Position numbers and translations under genes: made by a program | Notes under the pieces: model-generated | Told to the model about the DNA's origin: nothing | Seen by the model: the letters and a program-made list of their open reading frames with translations, nothing else | Database searches by the model: none | Source of the DNA: Burkholderiales bacterium | GTDB lineage: Bacteria; Pseudomonadota; Gammaproteobacteria; Burkholderiales; SG8-41 | Length of the DNA: 64,000 bases | Reading direction: 5' to 3' | Assembly: GCA_030833315.1 (NCBI GenBank) | Contig: JAURHM010000002.1 | Location: 1,323 to 65,322 of the forward strand | Part shown: in pieces, positions 46,353 through 55,084 of the stretch | How the letters are laid out: every line of letters begins with the position of its first letter | How positions within the stretch are numbered: position 1 is the first letter of the stretch

Positions 46353-47315
46353 ATGTCGTATCGGATTTTGATCGCAGCAACCGTCGCGTTAATCACCGCA
46401 ATGCCGGCATCGGCGCAGAACTATCCGACACGCCCGGTACGCTTTATTGTGCCCTTCGCCCCCGGCGGCAATACCGATGTGCAAGGCCGTCTGATTGCGC
46501 AGAAGCTGTCCGAGAAATGGGGCCAGCAGGTCGTAGTCGACAACCGCGCGGGCGCCGGTGGCACGCTGGGCGTGGAGATGCTGGCCAAGGCGCCAGCTGA
46601 CGGATACACGATTGCGCTGGCGTCCTTCGGCAACATTCTTGTCGGCCCCAGCCTGTTTCCAAAGCTGGCTTACGATCCGTTGAAGGATCTCTCACCGGTG
46701 GTGCTGGTATCACTGCCGCCGGGCCTGCTGGTGGTGAATCCTGCACTGCCGGTCAAAAACGTTGGTGAACTGATTGCCTACGGCAAGGCCAATCCCGGCA
46801 AGCTCAACTACGGCTCTGCCGGCAACGGCACCTGGAACCATCTGTTTGCTGAACACTTCAAGGCGCTGGCCGGCATACAGATGACGCACATCCCCTATAA
46901 AGGCGCCAATCCCGCGGTGATCGATGTCATGGGTGGCCAGATTCAAGTCGCGTTCGCGCCCTTTCCCGCTGCCGTACCGCAGATCAAAAGCGGTCGCTTG
47001 CGTGTACTGGGCGTGACTTCCGCGCAACGTTCACCGGTGCTGCCTGAAGTGCCGACCGTGGCCGAATCGGGCCTGCCCGGATACTCGGCGGCGAGCTGGT
47101 TTGCGGTGTTGGGGCCGGCCAAAATGCCGCAGAACGTTATCAACATTATCAATCGCGATACCAACGTCATATTGACACAGCCCGAGGTCAAGACGGCATT
47201 CGCCGCCGACGGCACTGAACCCGCGGGCGGCACGCCCGAGCAGCTGCGTGAATCGATGCGTGCCGGCATCGCGCAATGGGGAAAACTCGTCCGCGACCTC
47301 GGCGTGAAACTTTAA
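46353..47315 (+). CDS. Bug/TctC-family periplasmic substrate-binding protein
   Basis: Trimmed to MSYRILIAATVALITAMPASA (signal peptide) after an agggagg RBS. It contains YPTRPVRFIVPFAPGGNTD and PYKGANPA. Confidence 0.88.
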   Translation: MSYRILIAATVALITAMPASAQNYPTRPVRFIVPFAPGGNTDVQGRLIAQKLSEKWGQQVVVDNRAGAGGTLGVEMLAKAPADGYTIALASFGNILVGPSLFPKLAYDPLKDLSPVVLVSLPPGLLVVNPALPVKNVGELIAYGKANPGKLNYGSAGNGTWNHLFAEHFKALAGIQMTHIPYKGANPAVIDVMGGQIQVAFAPFPAAVPQIKSGRLRVLGVTSAQRSPVLPEVPTVAESGLPGYSAASWFAVLGPAKMPQNVINIINRDTNVILTQPEVKTAFAADGTEPAGGTPEQLRESMRAGIAQWGKLVRDLGVKL

Positions 47316-47327
47316 TCTGGAAACACC

Positions 47328-48860
47328 ATGGCTTTCGAAGAACTGATCCAGGAGCTCGACGCACGCAAACAAAAAGCGCTGGCGATGGGCGGGCCCGAAA
47401 AACTCGCCGAACGCAAAGCGCAGGGCGTACTGAATGCCCGCGAACGCATCGACCGGCTGTTTGATGCCGGCTCCTTCCTCGAATCCGGTCTGTACGGCGT
47501 ATCGGTTCGTCCCGAAGACAAGTTCACCACACCCGCCGACGGCAAGGTGGCCGGTTACGGCCGTGTTCAAGGGCGCGAGGTCGCTGTGGTGTCGAACGAC
47601 TTCACGGTCAAGGGTGCATCGAGCGCGCAGATCAACATCAAGAAGCTGAAGCAGATGAAGGCTGTCGCCAAAAAGCGCGGCATCCCTCTGGTCTTCCTCG
47701 GTGAGTCGACCGGCGCACGCATGCCCGATGTGATGGGCGCAGGCTCCATCGGCTCCAAAGACGACCCCTATGAATACCAGCGCATGCGCGAAGTGCCGTG
47801 GGCGGCCGGCGTGTTGGGCCACTGCTACGGCTCATCGGCGTGGTATGGCTCGATGTCGGATTTCTGTGTGATGCGCAAGGGCGCAATCATGGCGGTGTCC
47901 AGCCCGCGGCTGATTTCGATGGCCACCGGCAAGCAGTGCGACGGCGAGGAACTCGGCGGCTGGCGCGTGCACGCCGAAACCAGCGGCATCGTCGATCAGG
48001 TGGTGGATACCGACGAGCAGGCAGTCGACGCGATCAAGCGCTTCCTGTCCTATCTGCCGAGCAACAATATGCAGCCGCCGCCGGAGTATCCGGTGCCGGA
48101 AGGTTCGGACGAGGCGATCAAGGACGTGATGAAGCTGATCCCGGAATCATCGAACCAGGTCTATGACATGCGCAAGGTGTTGCAATGCATTGTTGACCGC
48201 GGTTCTATGTTCGAGATGAAATCGCGCTTCGGCAAAACCATCGTCACTGCGCTGGCGCGGCTGGATGGAAAATCCGTGGGCATTATCGCCAACAATCCGC
48301 TGTACAAGGGCGGAGCAATTGATGCTGACGCCTGCCAGAAGGTTCAGGCGTTCTTCGTGCTTTGTGATTCCTTCAATATCCCGATCGTGATGCTGGTCGA
48401 CCAGCCGGGTTTCCTGATCGGCATGGAAGGCGAGCAGAAGGGCGTCACCGGCAAGGTGATGAACTGGCTAAATGCGATGACGCTGGTCACGGTGCCGAAG
48501 ATTTCGGTGATCGTGCGTAAAAGTTATGGCCTCGCAGTATCCAATATGGGGGCCGGCGGCAATACCGATGAACTCGCCTGCTGGCTGACCGCCGAGATCA
48601 GTTTCATGAAACCGGATTTCGGCGCCAAGGTGGTGTTCGGCGTCGATCCGGAAAAAGACCCGGAGAAATTCAAGGAAGCCATGGCCAAGATGTCCAAAGG
48701 CACGTCGCCCTACGACATGGCGGCGATTTATACGGCTCAGGATGTGATTGATCCGCGCGATACCCGGAGCTGGCTGATCCGTATGCTCGATGTGCACCGG
48801 ATGCGCATGAGCAATGGCGTGGGCCAGCATCTGATGCGCACCTGGCCGACCAGCTACTGA
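47328..48860 (+). CDS. Acyl-CoA carboxylase beta-type carboxyltransferase domain protein (paralog 2)
   Basis: 510 aa, collinear with paralog 1. Long identical blocks include MGGPEKLA, TPADGKVAG, FLSYLPS.NMQPPPEYPVP.GSDEA, ARLDGKSVG and the C-terminal WPTSY. Confidence 0.9.
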   Translation: MAFEELIQELDARKQKALAMGGPEKLAERKAQGVLNARERIDRLFDAGSFLESGLYGVSVRPEDKFTTPADGKVAGYGRVQGREVAVVSNDFTVKGASSAQINIKKLKQMKAVAKKRGIPLVFLGESTGARMPDVMGAGSIGSKDDPYEYQRMREVPWAAGVLGHCYGSSAWYGSMSDFCVMRKGAIMAVSSPRLISMATGKQCDGEELGGWRVHAETSGIVDQVVDTDEQAVDAIKRFLSYLPSNNMQPPPEYPVPEGSDEAIKDVMKLIPESSNQVYDMRKVLQCIVDRGSMFEMKSRFGKTIVTALARLDGKSVGIIANNPLYKGGAIDADACQKVQAFFVLCDSFNIPIVMLVDQPGFLIGMEGEQKGVTGKVMNWLNAMTLVTVPKISVIVRKSYGLAVSNMGAGGNTDELACWLTAEISFMKPDFGAKVVFGVDPEKDPEKFKEAMAKMSKGTSPYDMAAIYTAQDVIDPRDTRSWLIRMLDVHRMRMSNGVGQHLMRTWPTSY

Positions 48861-48935
48861 CAATCCCTGCAAAACCGCCAGCCTTGCCCTGACGGTTCTG
48901 CAGGGCGCCTCCATTTTTTATACAGAAAAACCAAA

Positions 48936-50051
48936 ATGAAATCCAAAGACAGCCAACTCACCATCCGCTCCATCGAAGCCATTCCCGTTGTCGTGCCGCT
49001 GCTGCATCCGATCAAGTGGGCGCGCGGCGAGATCAAGGATATCGACAACGTCATCATCATCGTGACGCTGTCCGACGGCACCGAAGGCATCGCCGATGCA
49101 CCGCCGCGACCGACCATCTACGGCGAAACCCAGCAGTCGATCACCACCATTGTGCGCGACCATCTCGCGCCAAAACTGACGGGACTGAATGCTTTCGACC
49201 TGACAGCGGTGTGGGCGGTGTTTGACCAGTTCGCCGGTAACCCGGCGGCCAAATCGGCGATCGACATGGCGATTTTCGACGCCCAGGCCAAACATCTTGG
49301 CATCACCTGCGCCGAGCTGCTCGGTGGCACGCCCAAGGCGCTGCCGGTCAACCGCCGTCTGATGCTGGGTTCGAACAAGGAAATGCTTGCAGAGGCGGAA
49401 CGCATGATCAAGCGCTACGGCTTCATGGCGTGGAAGGTCAAATGCGGCATCGACAAGACGCGCGACATCCAGTTGCTGCGCGCACTGCGCAAACTGGTCG
49501 GCGATGATCACGAAATCACCATCGACTGCAATCAGGGTTACTCCTCGCAGGATCTGCTGGAAACCTCGCCGTACTTTGAAGAGATCAATGTAGCGCTGAT
49601 CGAAGAACCGATTCCCGCGCGAGACGGCCCGGGCAAACGCTTTTGCGCCGAACGTACCATCATCCCGATTTCCGGCGATGACTCCTGTATGACGCCGGAT
49701 GACGTGCTGCACGAACTCAAGCTCGGCGCGATCCGCTCGGTGGTGATCAAGTGCGCGCGCACCGGCTATACGCGGTCACGGCAGATTCTCGCGCTGGCAC
49801 AGTCGTACTACACCCCGGTACACAACGGCACTCAGGCTGATATGCAGATCGGCTGTGTCGCCGCTGCGCATTTCGCCAGCAACTATCTCACGCCGCATGC
49901 CCACGAGTTTTCCAGCTTCATTGATGCGAAGGACCATGTCGCCAATGAAGACCCGGTGATCAAGAACGGCATGCTGCAGCTGCCCGCCGGCCCGGGCATC
50001 GGGCTGACGCTCGATGCACGCAAGCTGAAGAAATACCGCGTGGATGGCTGA
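48936..50051 (+). CDS. Enolase-superfamily enzyme, muconate-lactonizing-enzyme (MLE) subgroup
   Basis: 371 aa with KxK (WKVKCG), metal ligands in IDCNQG, IEEP and SGDDS, and a second catalytic Lys in VIKCARTG. Confidence 0.85.
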   Translation: MKSKDSQLTIRSIEAIPVVVPLLHPIKWARGEIKDIDNVIIIVTLSDGTEGIADAPPRPTIYGETQQSITTIVRDHLAPKLTGLNAFDLTAVWAVFDQFAGNPAAKSAIDMAIFDAQAKHLGITCAELLGGTPKALPVNRRLMLGSNKEMLAEAERMIKRYGFMAWKVKCGIDKTRDIQLLRALRKLVGDDHEITIDCNQGYSSQDLLETSPYFEEINVALIEEPIPARDGPGKRFCAERTIIPISGDDSCMTPDDVLHELKLGAIRSVVIKCARTGYTRSRQILALAQSYYTPVHNGTQADMQIGCVAAAHFASNYLTPHAHEFSSFIDAKDHVANEDPVIKNGMLQLPAGPGIGLTLDARKLKKYRVDG

Positions 50052-50154
50052 AGACTTCAGCCCCGGCATGCATCACCAAGGCGCAAGCACGGCGGGCCCG
50101 GGATGTTGCAAAAAGTCCGTTGAATGTGGTTTCTCGCGCAGAACACTCATAAAT

Positions 50155-50173
50155 AATTGATTTATAATCAATT
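50155..50173. promoter_or_regulatory. 19-bp palindrome AATTGAT-TTATA-ATCAATT enclosing a TATAAT hexamer, upstream of lpxR-like gene
   Basis: Perfect 7-bp arms are read from the sequence. TATAAT lies at 50163-50168, 26 nt upstream of the ATG at 50194, inside an AT-rich patch. Confidence 0.3.
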
Positions 50174-50193
50174 TTTAATGATGAAGAGTTGGT

Positions 50194-51222
50194 ATGCGCT
50201 TACATCAAACCGCCGCACGGCGCTTTGCCGCCCTTCTGCTCTGCGGGCTGACGACGTCAACGTCCGCGGCCGAGACGCCGGCTGAAGCGGTCAATCTGCG
50301 CGGCAGCGAGATCCAGATCTTTATCGAAAACGATTCCTTCGGCAGCTCCGACCAGTACTACACCAACGGCATCAAGATCGGCGGCGGTGTGCCTGCCGAA
50401 AAAGTCGGCAAGCTGTTTACGCGTCCACCCAATGCCCTGCTCGATGCGATTACCGACGGCGCCAGCAACAACTTCGGCCTGTTCTTCGGACAGAATATGT
50501 ATACACCGCGCAATATCACGGTTTCTGCACCGCAACCGAATGACCGGCCCTGGGCGGCCTGGCTTTATGTCGGCGCCGTGGCACAAAGCGTCAAAAACGA
50601 TCACCTGCACACTGTCGAATTCAATCTCGGCGTTGTCGGCCCACCAGCGCTGGGCCGGCAGGTGCAGACGGCATGGCACAAAATTGTCGATGCACCTGAA
50701 CCCCAGGGCTGGGATAACCAGGTCCGTACCGAACCCGGTGTTCTGCTGACCTATTTGCATAAACGCCGTTACGGTGAAATTAGCGGTGTGCAACTGGTGC
50801 CGCATATCGGCGCGAGCCTCGGCACCATCGCCACGTTTGCACGCGGCGGCGCCTTGCTGCGTGCCGGGCAGAATATGACCGGCTTCGGACCCGACGGCAT
50901 TGAGCCGGGCGGCGCGATGCTGAAAAACACACGCCGCCAGCAGGACGCCGGCCGCGGCCAGCCCTATGAATGGTTTGTATTTGCCGGCGCCGACGGACGG
51001 CTGATGGGTCACAACACCTCGCTCGACGGATCACTATTCCGCAGCGGCCCCAGTGTTGCCACCCGTGATTACGTCTATGACCTGCTGACGGGTGTATCGA
51101 TGCGCATTGAAACCCTGCGGGTGTCGGTCACGCGTATCAAGCGCAGTGAAGAGTTTTATACACCGCTGGGCGGGGGCGGCAAGCAGAAGTTTTATTCTTT
51201 CAACATCGGCATCGAATTCTAG
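50194..51222 (+). CDS. lpxR: Lipid A deacylase LpxR family (DUF2219) outer-membrane protein
   Basis: 342 aa with a signal peptide and the family blocks ENDSF..SDQYYTNG, NMYTP and NDRPWAAWLY. The C-terminus is aromatic (IEF), as in OM beta-barrels. Confidence 0.7.
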   Translation: MRLHQTAARRFAALLLCGLTTSTSAAETPAEAVNLRGSEIQIFIENDSFGSSDQYYTNGIKIGGGVPAEKVGKLFTRPPNALLDAITDGASNNFGLFFGQNMYTPRNITVSAPQPNDRPWAAWLYVGAVAQSVKNDHLHTVEFNLGVVGPPALGRQVQTAWHKIVDAPEPQGWDNQVRTEPGVLLTYLHKRRYGEISGVQLVPHIGASLGTIATFARGGALLRAGQNMTGFGPDGIEPGGAMLKNTRRQQDAGRGQPYEWFVFAGADGRLMGHNTSLDGSLFRSGPSVATRDYVYDLLTGVSMRIETLRVSVTRIKRSEEFYTPLGGGGKQKFYSFNIGIEF

Positions 51223-51356
51223 CGGGTCATTGGTGTACGAGACACGGCTGAAGTCTCTAACCGGCGCATAACACCAGCAGGAGCCGGATGGCCGGGTAGT
51301 GCAACTGAGAACCGTCGAAAGACATCAGTTGATGATCGGTCAGGGAAATGGAAGTA

Positions 51357-52244
51357 TCAACTCTGGCGTATTGTGGCTTGCCGCGCCAGCGCGATGCCTG
51401 CAAGTACCAGCACACCGCCGGCAAACTGCAGCGGTCCCACGGTTTCGCCGAGCAGGACCCAGGCAAACAGCGTCGCCATGACCGGTTGCAGCAGCAGACC
51501 GACGGAAGAGAAGGTGGCCGTCAGGTGGGCCATGGCCCAGGCAATCAGACTTTGTCCGATGACCTGGGCAAACAGGGCGATGCCGATCAGTTTTATCCAG
51601 CCCAAGTCGCTGTGCGGTAGCAGCTGTTCTCCCGAAACCCACGCAATCGGTAGCAGCATGACCGCCATCATCGCACTGCTCCAGGCCATCAGGCTGGCCG
51701 TGGGCACATGTGCGCGCAGCCGGGTGACGCTGATCTGGTATGCCGCATAAAACATCGCGGTAACTACGCCGAGTGCATCGCCGAGCAGCGCGCTGCCGTG
51801 TTGGCCGAAGTTGGCGCCTATCAGCAGCAGCGTTCCGGCAATAGCGGCAGCAAGTCCGGCTAGGAAGAGCTTGCGTGGCACTTCTCGGAACAACAGCCAT
51901 GCCGCGGCTGTGACAAAAATCGGCGCGAGATTGGCGAGCAGAGTGGTGTTGGCCACCGAGGTCAGCAGGATCGACCAGTGCCACACAGCAAGATCGCCGG
52001 TGAAAAACAGCGCGGCTGCGATCAGCATGCCACGGTGGTTGCGCAGATGTTCGCGGTGCCGTGAACCCTGGCTGATCAGCGCCCAGATCCACAGCGGCAG
52101 CAGCGCGAGGAACACACGCCAGAAAGCCGTTGCCACCGGACCGGTTTCGCTGACCTTGACGAACAGCGGTGCGGTAGCTATGGCAGTGGCACCCGCAAAC
52201 AGCGCGGCGAGCGCCAGCCATTCGCGGGGTTTGGAGGGTGTCAT
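51357..52244 (-). CDS. EamA/DMT-family transporter
   Basis: Trimmed to MTPSKPREWLALAALFAGATAIA..., about 295 aa and roughly 10 TM. It lies 28 nt downstream of the enoyl-CoA hydratase gene. The longer ORF prefix is Arg/Cys-rich and not protein-like. Confidence 0.85.
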   Translation of the reverse strand: MTPSKPREWLALAALFAGATAIATAPLFVKVSETGPVATAFWRVFLALLPLWIWALISQGSRHREHLRNHRGMLIAAALFFTGDLAVWHWSILLTSVANTTLLANLAPIFVTAAAWLLFREVPRKLFLAGLAAAIAGTLLLIGANFGQHGSALLGDALGVVTAMFYAAYQISVTRLRAHVPTASLMAWSSAMMAVMLLPIAWVSGEQLLPHSDLGWIKLIGIALFAQVIGQSLIAWAMAHLTATFSSVGLLLQPVMATLFAWVLLGETVGPLQFAGGVLVLAGIALARQATIRQS

Positions 52245-52272
52245 GCGCAGGCCGGAGCAGATCCGGCCGGAG

Positions 52273-53049
52273 TTACTTGCCGGTGAATTTCGGTTTGCGC
52301 TTTTCGATGAATGCGGCCATTCCTTCCTTCTGGTCCTGCGAAGCAAACAGCAGCTGCAGCGTACGCGATTCCAGCGTGAGTCCGGTTTCGAGCGACGCAT
52401 CCATGCCGCGGATCACTGCTTCCTTGGCGAGCTGGATCGCCAGCGGCGGCAGCTCGGCAATCTGCACGGCCATCGCCACGGCACGCTTCTCGACTTCAGC
52501 ATCCGGCACGACTTCGCTGACCAGATTCATATCGCTGGCTTCCCTGGCGCCGAAAATGTCGCCGGTCAGCACATACCGCATCGCCTTGAACTTGCCCACG
52601 GTGCGCGGGAAGCGCTGGGTGCCGCCGCCGCCGGGGATAATGCCGATTTTCACTTCAGGCTGGCCGAATTTTGCCGACTCGCCGGCGATGATGACGTCGC
52701 AGGTCATGGCCAGTTCGCAGCCGCCGCCCAGTGCGAAGCCGTTAACCGCGGCGATTACCGGTTTCGGGCAGCCGTAGATTGCGCGCCATAGTTTCTGCGA
52801 GCCACGCTGCAGGATTTCAATGGCACCGGCTTCGGCCATTTCCTTGATATCGGCGCCCGCGGCGAAGGCTTTTTCGTTGCCGGTGAGCACGATGCAGCGG
52901 ATCGCCGGGTCATCGGCCATCGCCGACAGATATTCGCCGAGCAGACGGCGCACCTCGGTGGTCAGCGCATTGCGCGCTTCGGGGCGGTTGATGCGGATCA
53001 GGCCGACGCCTTCGGCGGGACGTTCAGTCAATACGACAGGTGCGCTCAT
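52273..53049 (-). CDS. Enoyl-CoA hydratase/isomerase (crotonase family)
   Basis: 258 aa containing INRPEARNAL, FAAGADIKEM and GGGCELAMTCD. Confidence 0.92.
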   Translation of the reverse strand: MSAPVVLTERPAEGVGLIRINRPEARNALTTEVRRLLGEYLSAMADDPAIRCIVLTGNEKAFAAGADIKEMAEAGAIEILQRGSQKLWRAIYGCPKPVIAAVNGFALGGGCELAMTCDVIIAGESAKFGQPEVKIGIIPGGGGTQRFPRTVGKFKAMRYVLTGDIFGAREASDMNLVSEVVPDAEVEKRAVAMAVQIAELPPLAIQLAKEAVIRGMDASLETGLTLESRTLQLLFASQDQKEGMAAFIEKRKPKFTGK

Positions 53050-53094
53050 GGCAAATCCTTGATGAAATGAATTTGTTGCTTAAGGGGTAGATAT

Positions 53095-54075
53095 TCAGGG
53101 GCGCGCGAGGCCGATGTCGAGCAGCACCGACTTGATATCGGCGTAATCCTTGTCGAGATCCTTGCGGAACTGCGCGCTGGTGACAAAATCATCAGACCAG
53201 AAATTGCGCTCCAGATCTTCTTTCCATTCCTTGGTCGCGGTGACCTTGCGCAGCACGTCTTCCCAGTACGCCACCTGCGCCGGGGTGATTTCGCGTGGAC
53301 CCATGATGGCGCGCCAGCCGCCGTAGACCACGTTGGCGCCCTGTTCCTTCCAGGTCGGCACGTGGGCTAGTGCGCCAGGGAACCGTTTGGCGGAGGAAAT
53401 GCCGATCACGCGCAGGCGGCCTTCGGCGACATGGTTGGCCACATTGCCTGCGGCGGTAGTGACCATGTCGATATGGCCACCCATGACCTGGGTAATGGCT
53501 TCAGCCGAACCCTTGAAGGCAATGGCTTTCAGATTGCGTGCGTTGACGCCAATGCTCTTGGCGAGCAGACCGGCGGCAATGTGGTTGTGACTGCCCAGCG
53601 CAGTGGCGAAACCGATGGACACCGAGGCGGTGTTTTCCTTCAGCTTGGCAATCAGATCCTTGCCGGTCTTGATCGGCGAGTTGGCATTGACCGCGAACAC
53701 CACGTAGTCGTTGAACATTGACGCGATCGGCGTGAAATCCTGGTAACTCACCGTACTGGTTCCGACAATCTGGTTGGTCAGCAGGGCGGTGGTGCCAACC
53801 AGCAGTGTATGCGGGTCACCCTTGCGCTGGCGCACGTAGGCAAAGGCTATGGTGCTGCCGCCACCGGGTTTGTTAACCACCGACAGCGAGGTTGGAATCA
53901 GTTTGGATTCAACGATGGCCTTTTCGACGGCACGCGCGGTTTTGTCGTTGCTGCCGCCGGGTGCGGAACCGACGACGATTTCAACGTTGCGTGACGGCGA
54001 CCAGGTTTTCTGGGCTTGTGCCGGTAGTGCAAGGGCCATGGCTGCAACGATCAGAAGAAAAGTCAGGGTTTTCAC
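53095..54075 (-). CDS. Bug/TctC-family periplasmic substrate-binding protein
   Basis: 326 aa with a signal peptide, VVGSAPGGSNDKTAR and FKGSAEA. Confidence 0.87.
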   Translation of the reverse strand: MKTLTFLLIVAAMALALPAQAQKTWSPSRNVEIVVGSAPGGSNDKTARAVEKAIVESKLIPTSLSVVNKPGGGSTIAFAYVRQRKGDPHTLLVGTTALLTNQIVGTSTVSYQDFTPIASMFNDYVVFAVNANSPIKTGKDLIAKLKENTASVSIGFATALGSHNHIAAGLLAKSIGVNARNLKAIAFKGSAEAITQVMGGHIDMVTTAAGNVANHVAEGRLRVIGISSAKRFPGALAHVPTWKEQGANVVYGGWRAIMGPREITPAQVAYWEDVLRKVTATKEWKEDLERNFWSDDFVTSAQFRKDLDKDYADIKSVLLDIGLARP

Positions 54076-54101
54076 AGGATGTTCCTTGGTGAATGATCCG
54101 A

Positions 54102-55070
54102 TTACTGGCGTTCGATATTGGCTTTTTTGATGACCTGCTCGTATTTCACAATTTCAGAGCGGATGAATTTGTCGAAATATTCGGTGCTGCCGCCTTTCGG
54201 TACGACTCCTTCGGACTCAAACCGGTTTTTGACCTCCGGCATGGCCAGCACCTTGTTGGTGTCGGCATTGACCTTGGTAATGATTTCGCGCGGCGTCTTG
54301 ATCGGCGCCATCAGACCGAACCAGTTGCTGGCTTCGTAACCCTTGACGCCGGATTCGTCGAAGGTCGGGATATCTGGTACTGCGGCGAAACGTTCGAGAC
54401 TGCTGATCGCAATGCCGCGCAGACGGCCGGACTTGATGTGCGGCACCAGTGCCGGCACGCCGCTGAACACCATTTCGACGTTGCCTGAAATCGCGTCGGT
54501 GATGGAGGGCGTATTGCCCTTGTACGGGACATGAATGATGTTGATGCCGGTCATCACCTTGAGCAGTTCGCCGGCCATGTGGTTCGAGCTGCCGAGCCCG
54601 GCATGGCCGTAGTTGAGCTGGCCCGGCCGCGATTTGGCGAGGGCGACCAGTTCCTTCACATTTTTTGCGGGCAGCGACGGATGAGCTGCCAATAAAGCCG
54701 CGCCCTGCACGCACCAGGCGACGGGGGCGAAATCGCGCAGCGTGTTGTAAGGCGGTTTGGCGTACAACGTCATGTTGACGGCGTTGGAAGCGCCACCCAT
54801 GAACAGCACATAACCGTCCGGCGCGGCTTTGGCCGCAAGTTCCGATCCGATGTTGGTGCCGCCGCCGGGACGGTTATCGACGATCACCTGCTGCCCCCAC
54901 ATTTCGCTCAACTTGGCACCAACGGTCCGTGCCGTGAAATCGGTGTTGCCGCCGGCGGCATAGGGCACGATTACGCGAACTGCGCGGGTCGGCCAGTTTT
55001 GCTGCGCCAGTACGGGCTGAGTAATTAGCGCCAGCGCAGCAATTGCATATAAATAATTGATTTTATTCAT
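54102..55070 (-). CDS. Bug/TctC-family periplasmic substrate-binding protein
   Basis: 322 aa with a signal peptide, WPTRAVRVIVPYAAGGNTD, PYKGNTPS and NWFGLMAP. Confidence 0.88.
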   Translation of the reverse strand: MNKINYLYAIAALALITQPVLAQQNWPTRAVRVIVPYAAGGNTDFTARTVGAKLSEMWGQQVIVDNRPGGGTNIGSELAAKAAPDGYVLFMGGASNAVNMTLYAKPPYNTLRDFAPVAWCVQGAALLAAHPSLPAKNVKELVALAKSRPGQLNYGHAGLGSSNHMAGELLKVMTGINIIHVPYKGNTPSITDAISGNVEMVFSGVPALVPHIKSGRLRGIAISSLERFAAVPDIPTFDESGVKGYEASNWFGLMAPIKTPREIITKVNADTNKVLAMPEVKNRFESEGVVPKGGSTEYFDKFIRSEIVKYEQVIKKANIERQ

Positions 55071-55084
55071 TATTTCCTCAGGGC

